Shown one piece after another: positions 1-7,572 of a stretch of DNA of 30,587 nt. A program made the position numbers and the translations under genes. The number at the start of each line of letters is the position of its first letter. Position 1 is the first letter of the stretch. The DNA is taken from positions 1-30,587 of the forward strand of contig CAZAEG010000385.1 of NCBI GenBank assembly GCA_964484035.1, written 5' to 3'. The notes beneath the pieces are model-generated. The model saw only the letters and a list, made by a program, of their open reading frames with translations. It ran no database searches and was not told the origin of the DNA. Source of the DNA: an uncultured Enterobacteriaceae bacterium (lineage in GTDB: Bacteria; Pseudomonadota; Gammaproteobacteria; Burkholderiales; SG8-39).

Positions 1-872
1 CTGCCTTCGACTTTCTCGCTCAGCCGGCGCAACGAGGCCGAGAGCACGTTCAACTCGCCCAGCAGTCGCTCCAGCTCCGGCAGCGCCTCCCCGGTGAAGC
101 GCTGCAGGTCGGCGCCCAGCGTATCGACGGTCTTGCCCGCGTTGGCGCTGGCGGTGGCCGTCACGTCGCTCATGCGCTCGAACGCTTCGGCGCTGCGGCC
201 CACCTGGGCCACGACCGGGCCGAGCTGGGCGCTCGCGCGGGCGCTGTTGTCGAAGGTGCGCGCGGCATTGGCGAGCGCGGCGTCGATCGCGCCCTGGTTC
301 GCGGCGAGCGTCCTGGCAACGGCCGACAGGTCGGCCAGCGTGCTCTTGAACGACGCAAGATTGTCGTCGCTGAGGATCTTGTTGATGGTCTCCGAGGTGG
401 CGTCGAGCTTCGCGAGCACGGTGGTCAGCACGTTCTCCAGGCGCGCAGCCAGCGAGGGCTTGGTGCGGATCACCGGCAGCTCGCCCGGCGCCGACGCGCG
501 CAACGGCGGCGAGGCGAGGGTGCCGCCGTCCAGTTCGACGTAGGCGATGCCGGTGAGCCCCTGGGTCTTGAGCACCGCCTCGGTGTCTTCCTTGATCGGC
601 GTGCCGTGCTCGATCGAGAACAGGAGGCGCACCTGCTCCGGGTTTTCCGGATCGAGCCGGATGGCGCGCACCCTGCCCACGTCGACGCCGCGGTACTTGA
701 CCGGCGCATTGACATTGAGGCCCGCCACCGATTCCCCGACCAGGGCGAGGTACAGGGTGGTCTTTTCCTGGAATCCGCCGCCGCTTGCCAGCCACAGGAC
801 GCCCGCGACCAGCGCGGCCCCCAGCGCGAGCACGAAGGCGCCGACCAGCGCGAAGTTCACTTTGGTTTCCAT
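1..872 (-). CDS. mlaD: MCE/MlaD-family substrate-binding protein (3' end runs off the window)
   Basis: Manual translation from ATG at 872: METKVNFALVGAFVLALGAALVAGVLWLASGG...ESVAGLNVNAPVKYRGVDVGRV...LKTQGLTGIAYVEL. N-terminal TM helix plus MCE motifs (GL...V.YRGV.VG.V; GLTG..YVEL). Start overlaps the mlaF stop. Not in the ORF track. Confidence 0.9.
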   Translation of the reverse strand, partial: METKVNFALVGAFVLALGAALVAGVLWLASGGGFQEKTTLYLALVGESVAGLNVNAPVKYRGVDVGRVRAIRLDPENPEQVRLLFSIEHGTPIKEDTEAVLKTQGLTGIAYVELDGGTLASPPLRASAPGELPVIRTKPSLAARLENVLTTVLAKLDATSETINKILSDDNLASFKSTLADLSAVARTLAANQGAIDAALANAARTFDNSARASAQLGPVVAQVGRSAEAFERMSDVTATASANAGKTVDTLGADLQRFTGEALPELERLLGELNVLSASLRRLSEKVEG

Positions 873-1630
873 GCCGCCGCCCTCCCGCGCGGGCCGTCGA
901 AGTACTGGCGGATGTCCGGATGCTCCAGCCGCGACAGTTCGGCCATCGAGCCGATGCCCTGCACCTTGCCCTGGCCGAGCACCGCGACGCGGTCGGCGAC
1001 CTGCCACAGGAGGTCGAGGTCGTGGGTGATCATGACGACCGTCAGGCCGTAGAGACTGCGCAGCCTGAGTACCAGCTGGTCGACGCCGGCGGCGCTGACC
1101 GGGTCGAGCCCGGCCGTCGGCTCGTCCAGGAACAGCAGTTCGGGATCGAGCGCCAGCGCGCGCGCAAGCGACGCTCGCTTGAGCATGCCACCGCTCAGTT
1201 CGGCCGGATACCGGTTGCCGGTCTCCGGCTCGAGGCCGGCGAGCGCGATCTTCCAGGCCGCGATCTCGTCGATCGACGCTTCCGGCAGCGTGGAATGCTC
1301 GCGCAGCGGCAGGCCGACGTTCTCGCGCACATCCAGCGAACCGAACAACCCGCCGTGCTGGAACATCACCCCGAGGCGCAGCCGCAAGGCTTGCGCGCTC
1401 GCCGCGTCGAGCGATTGCAGGTCCGCGCCCAGCACTTCGATCGAGCCCGCATCCGGGCGATGCAGCAGGATCATCTCGCGCAGCAGCGTGGATTTGCCCG
1501 AGCCGCTGCCGCCGATGAGCGCGAAGATCTCGCCGCGGCGCACTTCGAGGTCCAGCCCCGCATGCACCACCTGCTCGCCGAAGCGGGTCGACAGGTTGCG
1601 CACTTCGATGACAGTGTCGGCGTGCGCCAT
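857..1630 (-). CDS. mlaF: ABC transporter ATP-binding protein, MlaF/Mkl family
   Basis: Walker A GGSGSGKS, signature LSGGM, Walker B LLFLDEP, H-loop ITHD; lies between MlaE-like and MCE genes. Confidence 0.92.
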   Translation of the reverse strand: MAHADTVIEVRNLSTRFGEQVVHAGLDLEVRRGEIFALIGGSGSGKSTLLREMILLHRPDAGSIEVLGADLQSLDAASAQALRLRLGVMFQHGGLFGSLDVRENVGLPLREHSTLPEASIDEIAAWKIALAGLEPETGNRYPAELSGGMLKRASLARALALDPELLFLDEPTAGLDPVSAAGVDQLVLRLRSLYGLTVVMITHDLDLLWQVADRVAVLGQGKVQGIGSMAELSRLEHPDIRQYFDGPRGRAAAWKPK

Positions 1631-1631
1631 G

Positions 1632-2753
1632 TCAAAGGCCCAGCACGCTGAACAGGATGGAGAACAGCGCGTCGGCCACGATCACGAGGAAGATCGCCTG
1701 CACCACGCTGCGCGTGGTGTGGCGGCCGACGCTGTCGGCGCCGCCGCGGGTGCGAAAGCCCTGGAAACAACCGATCAGCGCGATGATCAGCGCGAACACG
1801 GGCGCCTTGCCGAGGCCGATCGCGTATGCCGTGACGCTCACCGCCTTGGTGAAGCGATCCAGGAAATCCTCGAAGCCCACACCCAGCTGGGCGCGCGCCA
1901 TGACCATGCCGCCGAACACGCCCAGCACGTCGGCGAAGAACGTCAGCAGCGGCAGCACCACCAGCAGCGCGAGAACTTTGGGCAGCACCAGCACCTCGAG
2001 GGGGGCGATGCCCAGGGTGCGCATGGCGTCGATCTCCTCGGTGACCGACATGGTGCCGATCTGCGCGGCATAGGCCGAGCCCGAGCGCCCGGCGACGATG
2101 ATGGCCGTCATCAGCGGGGCGAATTCGCGCAGCATCGACAGGCCCACCAGGTCGGCGACGAAGATGTTGGCGCCAAACTGCCTGAGCTGGTCGGCGGCCT
2201 GGTAGGCGATGACGACGCCCATCAGGAAGGAGAGCAGGCCGATGATCGGCAGCGCGTCGACGCCGGCGCTGCGGATGTTGTGCAGGATCGGCCGCCAGCG
2301 CATGCGCGCCGGCTGGGCGATGCTGCCGGCGAGCGCGGCGGCGGCCTCGCCGATGAAGACGAGGAGCGCGAAGGCTTCCTCGCCCGCGGCGCATGCCGCC
2401 CGGCCGGCGCGCGCCAGGGTGCCAGGGGCCGGTGGCGCAGGCGCCGGGGCGCCGGGGCGCTGCTCCAGAAGCTCGAGCAATCCGGCAAACCGGGGACTCC
2501 AGCCTCGCAGGGTCACGGCGTGCCCCTCTGCGCGCAGGCGCTGCAGCAGCCCCTGCAGCAGCCAGACGCCGACCGTGTCCAGGCGCTCGACCCCGGCGCC
2601 GTCCACGACGATCCCGGCCCGCGCGGGCACCTTGAGCGAATCGAACCGCCGCTCGAGGGCGCCTGTCCCGAGCACGGTCCAGCAACCGGACAGCGCGAAC
2701 TCCCCGGGCGCGGGCTGGGCGAGCGCAGCGGGTGCGACCGACGGGAAATTCAT
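1632..2753 (-). CDS. mlaE: MlaE-family ABC permease with N-terminal STAS-like domain
   Basis: MlaE motifs [28 protein letters not shown] and [11 protein letters not shown]; N-terminal STAS-like segment [17 protein letters not shown]. Start placed at ATG 2753 (MNFPSV); the ORF track extends to 2804. Confidence 0.88.
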   Translation of the reverse strand: MNFPSVAPAALAQPAPGEFALSGCWTVLGTGALERRFDSLKVPARAGIVVDGAGVERLDTVGVWLLQGLLQRLRAEGHAVTLRGWSPRFAGLLELLEQRPGAPAPAPPAPGTLARAGRAACAAGEEAFALLVFIGEAAAALAGSIAQPARMRWRPILHNIRSAGVDALPIIGLLSFLMGVVIAYQAADQLRQFGANIFVADLVGLSMLREFAPLMTAIIVAGRSGSAYAAQIGTMSVTEEIDAMRTLGIAPLEVLVLPKVLALLVVLPLLTFFADVLGVFGGMVMARAQLGVGFEDFLDRFTKAVSVTAYAIGLGKAPVFALIIALIGCFQGFRTRGGADSVGRHTTRSVVQAIFLVIVADALFSILFSVLGL

Positions 2754-2825
2754 GCGCAGCCTGCAGGCTGGACCAATTCCCCGCGCCGGTATGTACGGGA
2801 CCATACAGAGCCGGCCCTTGCGCCC

Positions 2826-2926
2826 CTACACTGCCGAGCGCCGGGCGTTGGCGAGCGTCAGGCGCTCGACCAGGATCTCCATGAAGGCACGGTCGAACTT
2901 GTGGCGGCAGGTGTCGGAGGCCTGCG
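2826..2926 (-). repeat. Orphan copy of the last 32 codons plus stop of the Ser/Thr kinase gene (direct repeat, copy 1)
   Basis: 2841-2926 matches 6292-6377 at 84/86 nt (constant offset 3451). Translates [32 protein letters not shown] versus ...[20 protein letters not shown] in the intact gene, with the stop at the same position. Confidence 0.95.
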
Positions 2927-3093
2927 GAGTGAACAACCCCTACAGGGGCAACGTGCTCGCCGATCCCGAGATCCGCGAGGGCATCAAGCGCTACGCCAAC
3001 TGGCCCACCATCCCGCAGCTCTACGTCAACGGCGGGTTCGTCGGCGGCGCGGACATCTTGAAAGAGATGTACCAGTCGGGGGAACTGCAATAG
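2920..3093 (+). pseudogene. grxD: 3' half of monothiol glutaredoxin (Grx4/GrxD family), truncated
   Basis: ACGV...[50 protein letters not shown] matches the GrxD C-terminal half (WPTIPQL, GG.D motifs). The N-terminal CGFS active site and a native start are missing. Confidence 0.9.
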
Positions 3094-3103
3094 CTGCTGG
3101 AAG

Positions 3104-3262
3104 GGCTTCGCCAGGATCTACTGCGACCATTGCCGGCACGGCTTCATCCTGGCCTTCTCGTGCAAGGCGAGGTACTTCTGCCCAAGCTGCCACCGAAAGA
3201 GCGTGCCGGCGTATGCCGAATGGGTGGAAGCCAGCGTGCTCCCTCCGGTACCGCATCGGCAA
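3104..3262 (+). mobile_element. Internal fragment of an IS91-family (rolling-circle, HUH) transposase, zinc-binding domain
   Basis: Manual translation GFARIYCDHCRHGFILAFSCKARYFCPSCHRKSVPAYAEWVEASVLPPVPHRQ, i.e. GFAR..CxxC....LAFSCK.R.FCPSC...W.....L..VPHRQ, typical of the IS91/ISCR N-terminal Zn domain. No start codon and no downstream HUH/Tyr domain. Confidence 0.85.
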
Positions 3263-3374
3263 TCGCCGCGGTCGCAGGCACCTCAAAGCCGGTTAGCTCG
3301 CCGAGCTGAGCGGCGGCCGGCACCGCGGCCAGCGCCACGAGCACGGCGCCCGTGCCGGTGAGCAGCATTTGTGT

Positions 3375-3403
3375 TTTGGCGCACAGACCGGGCTTGCGCC
3401 AAA
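3375..3403. promoter_or_regulatory. Perfect 9 bp inverted repeat TTTGGCGCA-N11-TGCGCCAAA upstream of the dehydrogenase
   Basis: Read directly from the sequence; ends 29 bp before ATG 3433. Function unknown. Confidence 0.4.
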
Positions 3404-3432
3404 GCAGATCTTGCCCCGTCGACGCACACGAT

Positions 3433-4749
3433 ATGCGGTTGTCCATACTGGCCGGTTTGCTGATCCTGCATCTCGCCGGCTGCGGCGAAATGGCCACATT
3501 GCCGGAGAGCGCCGGAATCGGGCCGCGGCCGACCTTGCCGCCGCCGAACCCGACACTCATACCGTCGGTCCACATCGCCCCGGCCAAGGGCTGGCCGTAC
3601 GGGGCGACGCCGGTGGCTGCGGCCGGACTTGCAGTGAACGCCTACGCGGCCGGGCTCGATCACCCCCGCTGGCTCCATGTCCTGCCCAACGGGGATGTAC
3701 TGGTTGCCGAAACCAATGGGCCGCCCAGGCCGGACGACACGGCCGGCATCAAGGGCTGGGTGACGAAGCTGCTGAGGAAACGTGCAGGCGCGGGAGGTGC
3801 AAGCGCCAACCGCATCACGCTGCTGCGCGACATGGACGGGGACGGCATCGCGGAGATGCGCACCGTGTTCCTGGCCGGACTGACCTCGCCTTTCGGCATG
3901 GCGCTCGTCGGCAGCGACCTGTATGTCGCCAACACCGATTCGCTCGTGCGCTTTCCCTACAAAGCGGGCGACAGGCAGATCACCGCGCCCGGCGTAAAAG
4001 TCGTCGATCTGCCCGCGGGCACGATCAACCACCACTGGACCAAGAATGTCATTGCCAGCCGCGACGGTTCGCGACTCTATGTCACGGTAGGCTCGAACAG
4101 CAATGTGGGCGAAAACGGCATGCACAACGAGGTCAACCGCGCCGCCATCCTGGAGGTCGAACCCGCGACCGGGCGCGCGCGGCTGTTCGCCTCGGGTTTG
4201 CGCAATCCGAACGGCATGGACTGGCAGCCGCAAAGCGGCGCGCTCTGGACCGCGGTCAATGAACGCGACGAGCTCGGCAGCGACCTGGTGCCCGACTACA
4301 TGACCTCGGTGCAGGATGGCGCCTTCTACGGCTGGCCGTACAGCTATTACGGCCAGCACGTCGATGTGCGGGTGCAGCCCCCGCGTCCCGACCTGGTCGC
4401 TCGTGCCATTGCGCCCGACTATGCGCTCGGCACGCATACCGCCCCGCTCGGGCTGGTGTTCTATCGCGGCAGTCTTTTGCCGAAGCGCTATGCCGGCGGG
4501 GCGTTCATCGGCCAGCACGGCTCGTGGAATCGCAAACCGCGCAGCGGCTACAAGGTCATATTCGTATCGTTTGCCGATGGACGCCCGGTCGGGGTTCCCG
4601 AGGACGTGCTGACCGGCTTTGTCGACGCGAAGGGTGATGCTCTGGGCCGCCCCGTGGGCGTGGCGGTGGACCGTGCAGGCGCCCTGCTCGTCGCGGACGA
4701 CGTCGGCAATGTCATCTGGCGTGTGAGGCCGGCTGCGGCGAAGCGGTAA
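3433..4749 (+). CDS. PQQ-dependent sugar / L-sorbosone dehydrogenase family lipoprotein (beta-propeller)
   Basis: Lipoprotein signal [17 protein letters not shown]; motifs [67 protein letters not shown]. Start moved from 3352 to ATG 3433. Confidence 0.85.
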   Translation: MRLSILAGLLILHLAGCGEMATLPESAGIGPRPTLPPPNPTLIPSVHIAPAKGWPYGATPVAAAGLAVNAYAAGLDHPRWLHVLPNGDVLVAETNGPPRPDDTAGIKGWVTKLLRKRAGAGGASANRITLLRDMDGDGIAEMRTVFLAGLTSPFGMALVGSDLYVANTDSLVRFPYKAGDRQITAPGVKVVDLPAGTINHHWTKNVIASRDGSRLYVTVGSNSNVGENGMHNEVNRAAILEVEPATGRARLFASGLRNPNGMDWQPQSGALWTAVNERDELGSDLVPDYMTSVQDGAFYGWPYSYYGQHVDVRVQPPRPDLVARAIAPDYALGTHTAPLGLVFYRGSLLPKRYAGGAFIGQHGSWNRKPRSGYKVIFVSFADGRPVGVPEDVLTGFVDAKGDALGRPVGVAVDRAGALLVADDVGNVIWRVRPAAAKR

Positions 4750-5016
4750 TTTCCCTCATCGACTGGCCCCGGGGAATGTTGGGGTCTGCGCACCGTGAGA
4801 TCAGGTGCCAGTCCGGCGCTTGCCCGTTCTTTCCCCGCGACGCTCCGATTGACGCGGTGCACGCACGGGATACGCCACCTCGCGAACCTTTTCACGACCC
4901 GCGCTCGCTTCTGTTTGTGCACTCGACGGGAATCGCCGCGGATTGAGCAGTTTGCGCGGCGCGCGCGCCTTGGTGGAGCTTTTGGGCTGATTCATGAGGG
5001 CCTCGAGAGGCGTCTT

Positions 5017-5250
5017 TCAGGCGCGGTCGCGCAGTTCCTTCACGCCCGCCATCTCGGCGCAGTGATCGCAGCAGTACATCCGGCCGTCCTTCTCCAGGCC
5101 GTGGCCGATCATGCGCACGCCGCATTGCACGCAGGTTGGCGCGAGCGTATGGACCGCGCATTCGAAGCTGTCGAACGTATGGGTCTTGCCTCGCGCGATA
5201 ACCTGAAAGCTTTTGTCGTAGTCATTGCCGCACGCGTCGCATTTCGCCAT
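5017..5250 (-). CDS. 77 aa Cys/His-rich putative metal-binding protein
   Basis: MAKCDACGNDYDKSFQVIARGKTHTFDSFECAVHTLAPTCVQCGVRMIGHGLEKDGRMYCCDHCAEMAGVKELRDRA; 8 Cys; GGAG RBS upstream of ATG 5250. Confidence 0.8.
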   Translation of the reverse strand: MAKCDACGNDYDKSFQVIARGKTHTFDSFECAVHTLAPTCVQCGVRMIGHGLEKDGRMYCCDHCAEMAGVKELRDRA

Positions 5251-5386
5251 CGCGAACTCCAGAGGACGGTTGCCCGTTGCCGCTTTGATATTCTTCTCCG
5301 GCCGGGTCGCGGTCTGTGCGCGGGCGCACCACCGGTCGCGCTGGCAGGGCCTGCAGCTTCGCTGCTGGCCGTATGATCCGGGTTGC

Positions 5387-6229
5387 ATGAAATCCGCTCT
5401 CGCGCCCCTCGAGACGCTGTACGAGGCAAAACGCGGCCGGTCGCTGCCGCTGCCTCCCGGGCTGGCGCGCCTGTATGGACGACTGCGCATGCCCCTCGCG
5501 CGTGCACGGCCGCACGTCATCAGCAATTTCGTGACCTCGCTGGACGGCGTCGTTTCGCTCAATGAGAAGGGACACGCCAGCGGCGGCGACATCAGCGGAT
5601 TCAGCGCCCAAGACCGCATGGTGATGGGCCTGTTGCGCGCCATCGCAGACGTGGTGATCGTCGGCGCAGGCACGCTGGGCGTCGACCGGCATCACGTCTG
5701 GACGGCCGAGCGCATTTTCCCCGGCCTCGACGGAGAATACCGCCGGCTGCGCAAGGCGCTGGGCAGGCGCGATCTGCCGCTGATGGGGGTCGTCAGCGGC
5801 AGCGGCCGGCTCGATCTGCGCCTGCCCGTGTTTACATCCGGCGAGTTGCGCTCGCTGGTCGTGACGAGCGCCGCGGGGGCAAGGCGGTTGCGCAGATCAA
5901 AGGTGCCCGCATCGGTCGAGATCCGCGCAGTGCATGGCGGCCGCGCGATACGTGCGAGGTCCATCCTCGACCAGGTGCGCCGGGTGAGTGCCGGCAAGCT
6001 GATTCTGGTCGAAGGCGGGCCGCGCTTGCTCGGCGACTTTTTCGCGGATCGCCTCCTCGACGAGCAGTTCCTGACCCTCGCGCCGCAGATTGCCGGGCGC
6101 AAGGCGGGCGATCGGCGGCTCGGCCTGGTCATGGGCCGGACTTTCGCGCCGCAGAGTCCGCTATGGGGACGCTTGATCGACGTGCGGCGCGGCAAAGTCC
6201 ATCTGTTCCTGCGGTATTCGTTTCACTGA
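5387..6229 (+). CDS. Standalone RibD C-terminal / dihydrofolate-reductase-fold reductase
   Basis: NFVTSLDG, LLRAIADVVIVGAGT, LVEGGPRLLGDF and LDEQFLTLAPQIAG motifs; no deaminase domain. Start set at ATG 5387 (MKSAL). Confidence 0.82.
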   Translation: MKSALAPLETLYEAKRGRSLPLPPGLARLYGRLRMPLARARPHVISNFVTSLDGVVSLNEKGHASGGDISGFSAQDRMVMGLLRAIADVVIVGAGTLGVDRHHVWTAERIFPGLDGEYRRLRKALGRRDLPLMGVVSGSGRLDLRLPVFTSGELRSLVVTSAAGARRLRRSKVPASVEIRAVHGGRAIRARSILDQVRRVSAGKLILVEGGPRLLGDFFADRLLDEQFLTLAPQIAGRKAGDRRLGLVMGRTFAPQSPLWGRLIDVRRGKVHLFLRYSFH

Positions 6230-6276
6230 AGTCCTTGCGCATCACCACTTCCTTGGAGAATGGCGGCGCATGGCGC

Positions 6277-6377
6277 TCACACGCCCGCGAGCCGGGCGTT
6301 GGCGAGCGTCAGGCGCTCGACCAGGATCTCCAGGAAGGCGCGGTCGAACTTGTGGCGGCAGGTGTCGGAGGCCTGCG
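6277..6377 (-). repeat. Direct repeat copy 2 (3' end of the intact kinase gene)
   Basis: Matches 2826-2926; see copy 1. Confidence 0.95.
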
Positions 6378-7572
6378 CGAGCTTGGCCGTCGGCACCGAG
6401 ATGATCTTCGATTCGTCCATCACCGTGACGTCGGCGCCGCGCAGTTGCTCGTCCTTCGACAGGTAGGCCATCTCGCCGAAGCATTCGCCGGTGTGCAGGA
6501 TGTTGAGCAGCTTGCCCTTGCGCGTCACGCGCACCTGGCCGTCGGCGAGGATGCAGAAGAAGCTGCCCGGCTCGCCTTCCTTCATCAGCAGCTCGCCCAC
6601 CGCCGCGGTGCGCCAGTTGGAGATGCGCGCCACCTCCCACAGCTCGGCGTCGGTGAAGTTGGTGAAGAAGGGGAGCCGGCGCAGCGACTCGAACTTGTCG
6701 GAGTCGGCGAACGTCTCCTTCCTGCCGCCCAGGCCCTCGTTCCTGAACACCTCCGCCAGGTCGAGCGAGAAGTCCTCCCAGGCCGCGTAGCGCTGCGCCA
6801 GGTCCTTGGCCATGGCGCGCTTGACGATGGCGTCGAGCGCCGCGGGGATCTGCGGGCGGTAGGACGAGGGCGGCTGCGGCTCGACGTTGGCGATCTGGTA
6901 GATGAGGCTGAAGTTGTTGGTGGCCTGGAACGGCAGCCGCCCGGCGAGCAGCTGGTACATGACCACGCCGAGCGAGTAGATGTCGGTGCGGTGGTCGAGC
7001 GCGTGCTCCTTCACCTGCTCGGGCGACATGTAGGCGGGCGAGCCGATGGCCGAGACCTGCGTGATGTCGCCGCTGGCGATGAGCGCGGCGCCGAAATCCG
7101 ACACCTTGACGTCGGTCTCGCCCGTGAAGAGGATGTTCGCGGGCTTCAGGTCGCGGTGCGTGATGCCCATCTTGTGCGCGAATTCCAGCGCGCGCGTGCA
7201 CTTGAAGATGATCTCCACCACGCGGTCGATGGGCAGCAGGTCCTGCGCGTCGCCGTGGCGCTCGAGCGTCCCGCCGTCGACGTACTCCATGACGATGTAC
7301 TGCTGGCGGTCGTCGGCCACCGCGTCGTAGATCTGGCAGATGTGCGGATGCTGCAGCTTGCCGGCGAGCGAAGCCTCGGTGATGAAGAGCTTGCGGTACA
7401 GCCGCCCCTTGTCCTTGCTCTCGAAGGCCTCCGGCATCACCAGCTTGACGGCGACGTTGCGGCTGTAGAACGGATCGTTGCACAGGTAGACGACGCTGGT
7501 CGCGCCGCGGCCGATCTCCTGCAGCACCGGGTACTTGCCGATGCGCTCGGGGACCGCGGCGGGCTCGTTCAT
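6277..7572 (-). CDS. Hanks-type Ser/Thr protein kinase with C-terminal cyclic-nucleotide-binding (CNB) domain, 431 aa
   Basis: [41 protein letters not shown]; C-terminal LRRLPFF...EGEPG.FF.IL.G.V.V...[10 protein letters not shown]....RGADV. ATG 7570-7572 overlaps the argH stop (ATGA). Confidence 0.93.
   Translation of the reverse strand: MNEPAAVPERIGKYPVLQEIGRGATSVVYLCNDPFYSRNVAVKLVMPEAFESKDKGRLYRKLFITEASLAGKLQHPHICQIYDAVADDRQQYIVMEYVDGGTLERHGDAQDLLPIDRVVEIIFKCTRALEFAHKMGITHRDLKPANILFTGETDVKVSDFGAALIASGDITQVSAIGSPAYMSPEQVKEHALDHRTDIYSLGVVMYQLLAGRLPFQATNNFSLIYQIANVEPQPPSSYRPQIPAALDAIVKRAMAKDLAQRYAAWEDFSLDLAEVFRNEGLGGRKETFADSDKFESLRRLPFFTNFTDAELWEVARISNWRTAAVGELLMKEGEPGSFFCILADGQVRVTRKGKLLNILHTGECFGEMAYLSKDEQLRGADVTVMDESKIISVPTAKLAQASDTCRHKFDRAFLEILVERLTLANARLAGV

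Noticed and set aside
2757-2770. 14 bp perfect palindrome CAGCCTGCAGGCTG just upstream of mlaE
   Set aside because: GC-rich, single copy and with no spacer; plausible by chance, and no regulator can be assigned.
2209-3093. 294 aa ORF ending in a glutaredoxin domain, suggesting a novel fusion protein
   Set aside because: The upstream part is antisense to mlaE and to the kinase repeat; only the last 57 codons are truly GrxD-like. An ATG at 2881 could give a 70 aa chimera, but it would lack the CGFS active site.
4747-4762. TAATTTCCCTCATC, vaguely like the AT-rich oriIS end of IS91/ISCR elements
   Set aside because: Match is too loose to call by eye; it needs alignment to the cognate element.
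4801-4995. 64 aa basic ORF on the minus strand downstream of the Cys-rich gene
   Set aside because: No RBS, no recognisable motif, and codon usage is not convincing; cannot be supported without expression data.
6230-6276. Minus-strand AAGGAAGTGGTG-ATG-CGC-AAG after the kinase stop as the start of a truncated gene
   Set aside because: Runs straight into the antisense of the reductase gene with no recognisable protein; insufficient evidence.
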